From the NCBI RefSeq assembly GCF_037042905.1, contig NC_087250.1, forward strand, positions 6,946,001 through 7,010,000: a stretch of 64,000 nucleotides of DNA. Reading direction: 5' to 3'. Within the stretch, counting starts at the first letter, position 1. The number at the start of each line of letters is the position of its first letter. The stretch comes from Lytechinus pictus (taxonomy: Eukaryota). The notes beneath the pieces were generated by a model. That model saw only the letters and a list, made by a program, of their open reading frames with translations. It did not search any database and was not told the origin of the DNA. Below, in pieces: positions 36,590-48,060 of the stretch. The translations under genes and the position numbers were made by a program.

Positions 36590-37429
36590 TGACAGACTGT
36601 CACTTTTCCCATATTGAAAGTGACTAGAAGACTGACATCATTGTTAGAGTCTACAACAGACGTACTCTATTATTCATTCTACTTTGACTGCAAAAATATT
36701 GATACTTCAAGACATAATCTGTCTTCCCAATACCAGTTATGTATAGGTAAAATCTAGATTCCTTCTAACAAAGTGCTGCAATTTTGTTATCATTAATATT
36801 GACTCTCGCTGTATTTTGAAATCTTTTCTAATTTTGCCTGCGTTCTGTATGAAACTGTTATAAATTTGTTGGAATAAAAGCTCCCAAAATAAGGGCCAGA
36901 TTATAGAGCATCTAGGACCCCGACCTCAAGGGTCTTTGCGCTTCGCGCACATTTTTGTCTAAGTATCCACTTCAGCCTGGCCCTTTTAGGTTTACTTGGA
37001 GTCTCATCTGGCCCTTCAAAGAAAAAGTTTGAGAACCCCTGGTGTAGAGGATAGTACCAAAAGCTATGGAATTATTTGCGATATTTACATTTATTTCGGC
37101 TTACATATAAAAAGGAATTGGTACTGCTAAAGTCACTGTCGTCCATGCCTTCAAAATCAGTTAATTGCATGAGGAGGAACATAACTATCCCACATTAGTT
37201 GTCATAGTCTTTGTTTATTATTCTTATCATAATTTATTATGGTGCTCAATTTCCCTGTCATCACCCTTTCAGAGAAGAGAAGAAAAAATGGACGTGTTTC
37301 CTTGACAATTAACATGGATATTTCGTTATCTTTCCTTCATGATTATGATCTAGAAGAAATAGCTTCCAAAAGCGTAAAACTGAAATACAATGTATTTACA
37401 TGTATCTATTTTGTTTGGTTTTGTTTTAG

Positions 37430-37506
37430 ATTTACTGGTGGCATTGTCATGCTTGCTGTTTCCTTTGATATTTGGGGAAAAGGACTCCATGTACACTATA
37501 AACAAG
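37430..37506 (+). CDS. EnSpm ORF2 exon 8
   Basis: TTTTAG| acceptor, AAG|GTAACA donor; (D)LLVALSCLLFPLIFGEKDSMYTINK; phase 1/0 bridges exons 7 and 9. Confidence 0.72.
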
Positions 37507-37973
37507 GTAACATTCAGATTCCGCATTTAGTATCTACTTTCCTTGGGATTGATTAAATTTTGCATTTGTCGGCTTTATCTAATTGTCATTCCAGGTCATT
37601 CCAGGCTATCATTTTTTTATGTTAACAATTCTAATTTAAGATAGACACCAATTGCAGGGACTGCAGAACCGGGGGCGGGGGGAGGGGGGGTGGGTGCTCG
37701 GGGCTGCAGCCACCACACTTTTTAAAAATTGCGTGCAAGCCTATGGCAATGTGTAAAAATCGTTATCCACAGGCCCCGCACTCTCAGCCCCCCCCCCCCC
37801 CCCACTCTTCAAAAACGTTCCATGGTGCCTGAAATGTACCATCAATAATACAGTTTAACCTCTTTATAAAGATCACTGATGCATGTATATTAAAGTAATG
37901 TTTTTGGTCAGAGTTCTTTGCATTGATTTGTTTTCCCTCCAAGGGAATAATGAATATCGAGAATCTTTTTTAA

Positions 37974-38717
37974 CCCTATTTTAACTGGGCTTTTTGAGAC
38001 CAAGTTTATACTTCAGATCTCGGCCGTGGATCGCGCAATCGCCGCAAAATTTTGCACACGGATAGAGCAAAGTGTAAACTACAAGACTGTATGGATTGAT
38101 TTTCCGAAAATTCCTAATTTCTATTTTTAAATAATTAATTATGCAAATTTATGCATGAAATCACACTTTCTGCTCTATTTCCCTCAATAAAGCACCTATA
38201 AGGCTAATTTTTGGTGTGAATATTCTTTATAATATCCCTCATGACACAACTTGAAAAAAATTTGGTATGACAATTTATTTCTTATGTTTTTTATTGATTT
38301 ATGAATTTCTTATGTATTTCTTTGTTTTTTAGACCTTGTGTTTTCTATTGTTTTTTCTATGAAATTTATTGCAGGACATTTTTGAAGCATTTTTGTGCTG
38401 AAATAAATTAGTTTCAGCCCATCAAACAAAAAATAACTACATCTTTATGGATTCTGACTGAAATCACAATTTACATTGACTTTGCACACAAAATCACGTT
38501 TTTGAGCCATTTTCGGTCTGACATGCATGTACAAAAAGTGGTGCGGCAACATAACCACATACCCGATTTTTGCGAAAACAGTCTTAAAAGTTGCGCAAGA
38601 CGTTAAAGAAAAAAGTCAGCGAGTCTCGTGGTGAAAAAATTTTGCGCGGCTGAGTGATCGCGAAATTTGTCGAGGGGGGGGTCAAATTGACCCCCCCCCT
38701 CCCCAGTTGGAATAGGG
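37974..38717. mobile_element. piggyBac-type MITE in an ORF2 intron (related to 33527-34281)
   Basis: TTAA|CCCTATTTTAACTGGG ... CCCAGTTGGAATAGGG|TTAA. Confidence 0.8.
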
Positions 38718-38775
38718 TTAAAGATTTATATGTTTTTATATTTCCGATTGGCTTTCTCTTTCTCAATTTTGTCAG

Positions 38776-39048
38776 GAACCCCAGAGCCCTACTCCTACCC
38801 TAGTGATATCAGGGAACCCCTTTGAATGTCGTGATTTAGCCATATTCATGGACGGGATAGAAGTTTGTCGAGCATCAGATCTCACATCCGGGTTTGTTGC
38901 AACATTCTCAAGTTTTTATGTGTTTGGGGTCCAGTACCCACAACGTGGAAAGAGGACCCTACAGCTATACCAGAAATTTTTTGCAGGACTGGATGATGGA
39001 AGTCCCCTACCACCCAGAGTCCAGCGATTTCTTAACAGCCTTGTTTAG
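38776..39048 (+). CDS. EnSpm ORF2 last exon (SAMD3-like C-terminus)
   Basis: TTTTGTCAG| acceptor; PTPTLVISG...IFMDG...FSSFYVFGVQYP...TLQLYQKFFAGL; TAG stop; joined CDS = 1491 nt (496 aa). Confidence 0.82.
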   Translation, partial: EPQSPTPTLVISGNPFECRDLAIFMDGIEVCRASDLTSGFVATFSSFYVFGVQYPQRGKRTLQLYQKFFAGLDDGSPLPPRVQRFLNSLV

Positions 39049-39159
39049 ACTGATTTATTTCTGGTTGGAAATTCCGCCGTAAATTTCTATTATTTTGCCC
39101 TAAAATTAAAGACTGTTCTGTGTACATGAGAAGATTTACACTCTCTTGCTACATTTGCT

Positions 39160-40735
39160 GAGATGAGGCAAAGTTTTGTATCAACTCAAACATTTTAATT
39201 TATTACGATTGCTTCATTTATTTTATGTGCTGAAATGAGGCCAAGTTTTGTTTCCTGTATCAACATGATCAACTCAAACTTTTTTTATTACACCTGCTTC
39301 ATTTATTTTATGTGCTGCAATGAGGCAAAGTTTTGTATCAACTCAAACATTTTAATTTATTACACCTGCTTAATTTATTTTATGTGCTGCAATGAGGCAA
39401 AGTTTTGTATCAACTCAAACATTTTAATTTATTACACTTGCTACATTAATGTGCTGAAATGAGGCAAAGTTTTGTATCAACTCAAACATTTTAATTTATT
39501 ACACTTGCTACATTAATGTGCTGAAATGAGGTCAAGTTTTGTTTTAAAGGGGTACTAGCCCCTGACATTATCGTGCTCTCATTGAATAAAGAAAAATCAG
39601 ATGAACAAACTGTAAAAAATTGATAAAAATCAGACAACTCGCTCAAAAGTTATGAATTTTCAAAGTCACCGAGATTTGACGATCACTGCCGCTCATGGGG
39701 ATCAGTGCGATCGGCAAAACCGACGGAATCTGTGACGTCATGTCGGACAACTCCTCATTCACTTTGTACATAGAATATTTAAAAATTGATCAATGTCAAA
39801 TTTAGAGTGAGGTTGCAGCATGAATCTTTTCAAAATACAAGCAAAAACAATATAGAAATGCTATACCGCAACCAAAAAATGGTATTTTGTTGACTTTTCC
39901 GAGAAAAAGGAGAAAATGTGAAGTTTGGTGTACAGAGTGAATGAGGAGTTGTCCGACGTGACGTCACAGATTCCGTCGAATTTGCCGATCGCACGGATGC
40001 CCATGAGCGGCAGTGATCGTCAAATCTCTGTGACTTTGAAAATTCATAACCTTTGAACGGGTTGTCCGATTTTGCCCAAATTTTCAGTTTGTTCATCTGG
40101 ATTTTCTTCATATCCTGAGGTGAGGATAATTCCAGGGGTTGGTTTCCCTTTAATTTATTACATTTGCTACATTTATTTCATGTTTTGTGTGCTGAAATGA
40201 GGCTAAGTTTTGTTTCCTACATCAACTCAAACGTTTTAATTTATTGTATGTGCTGAAATGAGGCCAAGTTTTGTTTCCTCTATCAACTCAAACATTTTAA
40301 TTTATTACGATTGCTTCATTTATTTTATGTGCTGAAATGAGGCCAAGTTTTGTTTCCTGTATCAACTCAAACATTTTAATTTATTACACCTCCTTCATTT
40401 ATTTTATGTGCTGCAATGAGGCAAAGTTTTTTATCAACTCAAACATTTTAATTCTTTACGATTGATTCATTTATTTTATGTGCTGAAATGAGGCCAAGTT
40501 TTGTTTCCTGTATCAACTCAAACATTTTAATTTATTACACCTCCTTCATTTATTTTATGTGCTGCAATGAGGCAAAGTTTTTTATCAACTCAAACATTTT
40601 AATTTTTTACGATTGATTCATTTATTTTATGTGCTGAAATGAAGTCAAGTTTTTTATCCTATATCAACTCAAAAGTATTAATTTGTTACATTTGCTACAT
40701 TTTAATGTGCTGAAACAAGGCAAAGTTTTGTTGCA
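39160..40735 (+). repeat. Tandem ~58-70-bp repeat array in the EnSpm 3' region
   Basis: Recurrent ATCAACTCAAACATTTTAATTTATTAC...GTGCTG(A/C)AATGAGGC(A/C)AAGTTTTG units, split by a MITE. Confidence 0.85.
39548..40149. mobile_element. Kolobok-type MITE
   Basis: TTAA|AGGGGTACTAGCCCCTG ... CAGGGGTTGGTTTCCCT|TTAA with long inverted arms. Confidence 0.8.
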
Positions 40736-42109
40736 AACGTCAATATAACTATTTAGTGGGTTCTTAAAATCGTTACAATATGAGTTTCTGGTCACATGGT
40801 CAAGGTCAAAGGTTACCAGAGGTCATCAAACTTTGGTATGTCAAGCCAAAAACATCAAAAACTTAACTTGGAGGTTATATTTTAGAAATGTCAACGTAGG
40901 TTTAAAAATTTTTTGTCTCTTTCCATGAAACTTTGTAATTAGGGTCATTAAGCATCACCAATCGTTCCGTATGCATTAGTAGTGTGGGTGGAGTCATTGT
41001 TGCCATGGTAACCATGGTTATATTGAAAAAAAATTAAGATTGTCTAGTAAGCATTCTACAGACCAAAATTTTCATCCAATCTTATTCAAATTTGGTGTGG
41101 ACGTGTATTATGGCAAGTGGAAGTAAGCTGTCGATTCTTGGATATGGGCAGGGTCATTGTTGCCATGGTAACAATTTTTATAAAGAAATAATGAAGATTT
41201 CAGGGTGAGCACTCTACAGGCCAGATGTTTCATCTGCTCATATTCTAATTTGGTGTTGATGTGTAATATTAAGAAGCCTATTGAATTAGGGTGTGGGCAT
41301 AATCATTATTGCCATGGTAATCATGGTTTTTCAGATTTCTTTTAGTCATTGTTTTTGTCCAGTCACATTCAAATTTGGTGTTGGGACTGTATTATGGTAG
41401 GAGTATCATGTGATATTTCCTGATTTCTTTGTAAAAGTGCTGCTGCCTGAAGCAGGCAAAACCACCAGAGGCACTCCACTTGTTTTTTCTTAGATTGTAC
41501 TTTTTAATATAAACTTTTGTCCATATATTTCCTCCAAAAACAGATACCAAAACTTTTAAGATACCGATGCGATTATTTTGTACCTTTTCAATGAATGAGA
41601 AAATATTTCTTTCTCATCATTTCTCGCAATAGGTGACACTTGGTTCAGCTGGTTTGTTATTTACATCACAATGTATAAGCTTATAGATATTCCACACGTC
41701 AGATTGCCTTGTATGTCCACAAAGAGTGTGAGGCTACATCCTTTTTGCTTTACATAATTATTATTGCTCGTCTGAAGGCATGTTTACAGATTTTGATTAA
41801 GTCTGTGCCAAGAAATGGTGTTTAATATGTATGATGTATTAAATGTGTTGAACTCCAAATGTATATTCACTACTCTCCTTTCTAGTACATGTACTGTAAT
41901 AGCTCCTCATTGGCATATACATATACATGTGTCACAATTAGGACCTATTGCAGCTCATTTGAAAATATTATTATAACTATTATTATTATTATTGTTGTTG
42001 TTGTTGTTTGTTAGTTGGTTTGTTTTTATTGTGTGTGTGTGTGTTGTGCGTGTTAGCGTGTGTGTGTGCTGTGGGTGGGTAGGTGGGTGTGTACGTGTGT
42101 GGTTGTGTG

Positions 42110-42660
42110 TATTATTTGTACCAGCAAGGGAATGAAATTGTACCAACGGGGTGAAAAATTGCACCCCAAACATATAAAATTGAACCAAAAAGGGTATAAA
42201 ATCGTACCACAAAGGGTATGAAAATGTACCTAAGGGGTCTGAAATTTGAACCCTACATGGAGGACATTGTACCAAAAGGGTGTAAAATTGTACAAAAGGG
42301 GTATAAAATTATACCGTAAAGGGTATAACATTGTCTCAAAAAGGGTGCAAAATTGTACCACATGGGTAAAAACTTGTACCAAATGGGGTATAAAATTATA
42401 CCAAAGGGGTATTATATTGCACCGGAAATGAATGAAAAAGTGTATAAATTGTACGAAAAGGGTAAAGATTTCTACCTAAGGGGTATACAATTTTACCAAA
42501 AGGGGTACAAATTTGTACCCCAGGAGTACCCGGGGGTACAATATTGTACCCCATCATGGGGTACAAACTTGTACCCCAACTTTGGGGTACAACTTTGAAC
42601 CCTATAGGGTGCAGCCGGTGTTGCATTGGATTGTACCCCTAGGGGTACAAATTTGTACCC
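42110..42660. repeat. Right subterminal repeat region of the EnSpm element
   Basis: Dense direct and inverted GGG(G)TA(C/T)AAA / TTGTACC motifs matching the TIR core. Confidence 0.85.
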
Positions 42661-43781
42661 TAATTTCTCTGTGTGTATGTTACATTACATAAGAAATATT
42701 TTTATCATAACAACTTCATGAAACATAATTTGCCCAGGGCCTGCGTCTTCATAGTTCCTGGTGCTCGCATTGTCTGTTTAACGAGATATATAATCCTGTT
42801 GTACTAAAACATCCCGTTTTCAAGTCAATATAAACTAAATATATTTCCTAGCACTTTCTTTTACATGATTAAAAAGGTGATTGCCCAATGTTAAGGTCTT
42901 CGTATATATAAAAACATTTCCTTCCGTGATTACGTTCGCATTAGTGGATTGGTGAGATATGTCTGCTCTTCATGAATTCCTAAAATCAGTCCTTGAAATG
43001 TCCCTTCTTCTGATCTGAATATCAAAAATTTTCAGCTCGCGCTTCGCGCTCGCATCATTTGGTTAATGAAATACGTATGGTCCTAGTTAATTCCTACAAA
43101 GAAACCTTAGAATGCCCCACTTCAGGTCTTAATTATCTAAATTATCTAAATTTTCAGCTTGCGCTTCACGCTCGCAATATTTGATTAGTGAGATGCGTAT
43201 GATACTCATGATTGCAATGAGTACAAAAAGTGTTTCATGTGTTCAGATGTAATTCTAATAAAATCAGCAAGCGCTTGGCACTTGCATTAGATGACTATGG
43301 TGAGATATGCATACTCTTAATGGATTCCTAAAATATATTCCTTAAAATCTCGCTGTTTGGGGTCAAAATATACGAAAATTTCAGCTCGCGCTTCGCGCTC
43401 GCATTGTTTAGCGAGACAGGTACCCATCATGATTACACAAATTTGATTATAATGTCCCTTCGCGCTCGCATTATTTGATCAGTGAGATACATATCCGTTC
43501 AATGACATTGTCCTTAAAATGTCTCTATTAGGTCAGAATAACTAGCAACCGAGCGCGCTTCGCGCGCTCACTCAGTGATTCGAAAATTTTGCTGGTGCCC
43601 CCACAATGCCGTGACCCACGGTATGCCACTGTGGACATATCAATTACAATTCATTGCATATCTAAAAACATGATAACAAAAAAAAAGCCAAAATATTTCA
43701 GTCATCCCCCCACCCCTCAACACGGATTTACGCCAGTGCTCTGTAGTATTAGTAGATATCTGAAAACGTATATTTTAAGAC

Positions 43782-44022
43782 TATGTATTTATAACACACA
43801 GTCAATGAGAGACCACATACAGTTCACTACCCCTTTAAGTTTTGCACGATCTCTTTTTGACAACCTAAACGCGTCACGAGAGTGATGTGGCATAATATTT
43901 TTTGCTTATCATGCCACATCACTCTCGTGACGCGTTTAGGGTGTCAAATAGAGATCGGGCAAAACTTAAAGGGGGAGTGAACTCTATGTGGTCTCTCATT
44001 GACTGTGTGTTATAAATACATA
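43782..44022. repeat. ~240-bp near-perfect hairpin (MITE-like)
   Basis: TATGTATTTATAACACACAGTCAATGAGAGACCAC ... GTGGTCTCTCATTGACTGTGTGTTATAAATACATA with a short loop. Confidence 0.85.
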
Positions 44023-47000
44023 ATGTGGTAGTAGTTGAGTGCCCCTGGGGCGATTTGTTTCCCACTTGACCTTTGACCTCAGGATCAATACAAAACAAAA
44101 TATATATTGCAATAGGCAATAATCATGAAGTGTTTATTTACTATCAATACATAATCTTTGAACAAGGAAGAGGAAGTTGGAGAAATAAATGAGATAGGCA
44201 ATTTGAATTGCTCTAGAGAAATGATATTCAAGAGGCTTGTTCACACGCAAGTTTAAATGCTTCGAATTTAAAATCCACTAATGCCTGTCACATCTAGTCT
44301 GCTCTGCAAACCCTTCACTGGAGTTAAAGGGTCTGAATGTGCAGCCTATAATGCCTTGTGTACTGAAGGCCCTCAACAGCAAGTTTCATATTAGTGCTAG
44401 TCTTTGCGTGGAGACCCAGTTGCAGTTCAAAGTCTCAATCAGGGTCTGTGGAGTCGCGTTTTTTAAATGCGTATACGCATTTCTCTACTGAGAACCGAGT
44501 CCATGGCAAGAGAAGAAATCTAACTTTCTGCTTTTTCACACGGTAAAAAGATCTGTATCTTTCCCCAATTACATATCAAGCCTCTCAATTTCTATATGTA
44601 TCATGTTTTATTATCTCATTAATATCAAAATCTGTAATATCTTATTGCAAGTATGATTTTTATTGATCATTGTCATTTATAATAATTACTATGATATTAT
44701 TGTTGTTGATGTTGTTTTTGTTGTTGTTATTATCATTATCATTATTGTTAATTAACATTACTATTTATTATTATCATTATTATTACGACTTGAGGTTTAA
44801 TCCTATAAAATTTTCTTCACAGCCTAAGTCGGTGTTTTGTATACTGATTGTGTGTTTTCCTGAATAAATTGAACAATGAACTTATATACTCGACTCACAT
44901 TTCAAGTCTTATATTGCTACATAAAAATTGTTGTGAATTCAATAAAAATGGTAAATAAAAATAAGATTGTGATGAGTGAAGATACTTTGTACAAAATTTT
45001 ACTTAATGGTGGTCTTGTGTGAACACAGCTTTCAAGTACATCAGTTTTACATTCCTCATAAAAGCCACTCATGTTGAGACTTGATCATATAACTGTTATT
45101 AGACTCCCTCCCTGGGAATGACTAATTCTCTTACACTGGGTCTTGGGGCATATTTGTCCTGAAAATGGCGCCAAAGCCCTGGAAGACAAAAGGAGCCCAA
45201 AAATTAAAACTGGGTCGAAGTAAACTCTAAACAATGCAACGAATTCTGGTTGAATGAACTTGAAAGGCACACCAAGAAAAAAAATTGTCACTGCCTCCTC
45301 TGGACTCTTTTGCATAAGACTTCCACAGATCAAATTTTGTCATACATCACCATAAAAATCCGGATTCTTTTGGGCTCAGGAACAATCATCTGCAATTGTA
45401 GATCTATGCATATTCAATAACTGAAAAATCTTGTCATTTTCAAAAAAGTGGTATCTGTGAGAACTGGTAGTACTTTGGGACTTACATGATATTTTGATCT
45501 GATTGTAAGGATGGAAGTATGGAGGTACATGAACATGTATTCCAATTGAAATCAGACATGGAATATTAAAAGGAACAAAAATGAGCTGAAAAATAAAATC
45601 ATTTTCAATGTTGCTGAGTTGCTGTTGAAACAAGCTTGGTTATTTGTCATTGAAATTCCATTATCAGCCATTTGACTCGTCATAACATGGATCCAATTTT
45701 CATGATGTATTAACTTTTTTTTTTCAATATGAAACTGGATAGAAAATTAAGAATGAACATTTGCCACTTTGATGAGAAAAACATATATTTAAAAGTCTTC
45801 ACCTAATGCTCTCTGTTTTAGTTTAATCTGTCGATATGCATAGACATCAGGGGGGCATTTCACAAAACAAATAGTCATTTTCACTGACATTTGTTACAAG
45901 CTTTCCTTGCATCTGATTGGCTCAGAGCAAATTTGTCAGTGGATAATCACTGAAAAGAAAATTCATGAAACACTACCCTGATGTCATCTCCAGACCTGAC
46001 AACCTTCTACAACAACAACAAAGTATTCTTAGAAGGAAAAAAAGTATTTTTTGACAAAAATAGAGTATTTTCAAAAATTTGTCTTGAGCAAACGAACAAT
46101 CGCCAGCCTGTTGTAGTGAGATCGGTGACAGAACATGTGAAATGACTCTACAGTTTGAAAACTTGATAATTCACCCTTTTAAACATGAGCTCGTAGGCAA
46201 GAACTTACTTGTTCCTTTCATGCAACAAGTTACTGGCCCGACAGTGATTTTTACCAGTCTAGGACTGTCGGACCGGCGCTAGTGTCACGCGCTGTGTATG
46301 ATACATACTCCCTGATCGGAAATCTTTTTAAAACGTAACAAATCATACAAAAAAGTATCGGTGTATTCATATCAATAAAGAGGAACAAATACTCTAAAAA
46401 GGGAACGGTTGGCATGTCTGCATCTGTCTGACTCAAAATCAAGATTTGATCTGTAAACATTAGATAAGTAGATCCTCTTCTAAAGAATTTAATCTCTTGT
46501 TTCTGTTTGCAGAACAAGAGATAATCTATCGATACTGTACTTTGGGAAATAGGGAGTTTTGCAATTATAAGAACATTGATCTACAAATCAAAAAAAGGAA
46601 AAAAGATGACTTTTGAAATTATATAGTCTTGTTAACAAAACCATTTTTAAAATCTTGATGAGTATTACCCGGTATTCATTGTAGGTGTCTGCAGTTTAGA
46701 ATACACATCTAGTTCAATATTATGGTTCATAAAAAAGAGGGAATTAACATTTAAACGGGACTTTTCATGAGTAAATCTATCATTGAAGACATTCCTCCTT
46801 ATAGAAGATAAATTACGGCTGGCTCATTAAACGAGCTTTCTTTTCTTCGCACTATTAATTTCTTCTTTCAAACCATCTAAAGTGCATGTAGGCACTTGAT
46901 AGTATCATTTTCATAATACCAGAATAGTTATTGTGCATTTCCTTTTTGGCGAGTTGATAAGAAAATAGCACGTAGTCAACATTCACGCGTTTTAATTAGC

Positions 47001-47102
47001 ACAGCCTCTGTAGAAACATGATTGTGTTTATTTCTTTATCTTCAAAATGGTTTTAAAATTAAAGTTAACAAAATGATACCAAGTCTTGAAAACACATTAA
47101 CA

Positions 47103-47507
47103 GGTAAACTGCCGATTTGTCTATTGCCAACTCGTCTGCTCATTAAAAGGTATACCTTCATTTAGTCTAATGCCATTCTGTCCATCAATAATTCATCTAA
47201 CAACCATTCCAATAACCATTTGGTCCAATAATCACTTTGTCTAATCACCAGTTCATCCATGACCATTTCTTCTAATAACCAGTTGGTCTTTTCTTTTCAT
47301 TCATTTCACCCAATTAACACTTATCCAATTAGACCAAATGGTTCATGGACTAAATGGATATTGGACCAACTGGTTATTAGACGAAAAGGTGAGTGGATGA
47401 AATGGCAATTAGACCAAGTGGATAGTGAACGAATTGATAATAGACCAAATTATAGTAGACGAGTTGGTAATTAGACGAATTGGCATTAGACCAATTGGAA
47501 ATAAACC
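47103..47507. repeat. Decayed foldback-type element with short tandem inverted motifs
   Basis: TTGTCTA/TGGTCTAA motifs on the left mirrored by TTAGACCA/TAGACGA on the right; no TSD recognised. Confidence 0.55.
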
Positions 47508-48060
47508 TGTGTACTAGGCTTGCTATGATATATGTGTGCAGGTACACCTATGATTTTATACACATCATGTTCATGTAGCTGTCTTATCTGGCAAGGTTTG
47601 GCACATGTATACTTTTTATTTCAAATGGAACCACTATCTTGTCCAGTTCAAGATGAATTCGATAGGATGGTTTATAGTTCATTAGTTTGTACACTGATCA
47701 TTGAATATGATTCCATATAATATAACCCAGTTTCTTGATACACTGGAGAATCCTTAGGAAAATATTCAATATCAATAACTGACACTTGAGAGATTAGCTG
47801 AATTACAATGTTACTCTATAATTAGCAGAGAATATAAGCCATTTGTTTGTAGTTGTGAATCCTCCACAACCCTAAAGAATACATCTTACACTAGACCCCT
47901 CTTCCCTATATATGGTTACTACTTTACCCAAATATCCGACCTTTCACTATTACAACTGGGCACCAGACGGCAAAGGGAACTAGGTCAGATTGTAGTACAA
48001 AAACAGTGTATATTTGAAATGGGGAGGATTTAGCCTACAACACACATTTTATTACTTACA

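Larger units (their letters stand above)
35740..37041. mobile_element. hAT MITE in an ORF2 intron
   Basis: TIR CAGGGGTTCTCAAACT / AGTTTGAGAACCCCTG; 8-bp TSD GTGTAGAG (35732-35739, 37042-37049). Confidence 0.88.
26525..42675 (+). mobile_element. Full-length EnSpm/CACTA (CMC superfamily) DNA transposon, 16151 bp
   Basis: 22-bp TIR CACACAGAAAAATTAGGGTACA / TGTACCCTAATTTCTCTGTGTG (1 mismatch); TA TSD; GGGTACA/TGTACCC subterminal repeats; host hAT sequence resumes colinearly on both sides; two intact genes inside. Confidence 0.92.
26341..43631 (-). mobile_element. Inner hAT element of copy B
   Basis: CAGTGGCGTA...TATGCCACTG with 8-bp TSD TGGACATA (26333-26340, 43632-43639), the reverse complement of the TSD in copy A. 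Confidence 0.85.
25918..43738 (-). mobile_element. Composite non-autonomous hAT element, copy B, interrupted by the EnSpm element
   Basis: TIRs CACTGGCGTAAATCC / GGATTTACGCCAGTG; perfect 8-bp TSD CTCTGTAG (25910-25917, 43739-43746). Confidence 0.88.

Noticed and set aside
39160..40735. CRISPR-like regular repeats
   Set aside because: Units are contiguous with no unique spacers; no cas genes; eukaryotic context
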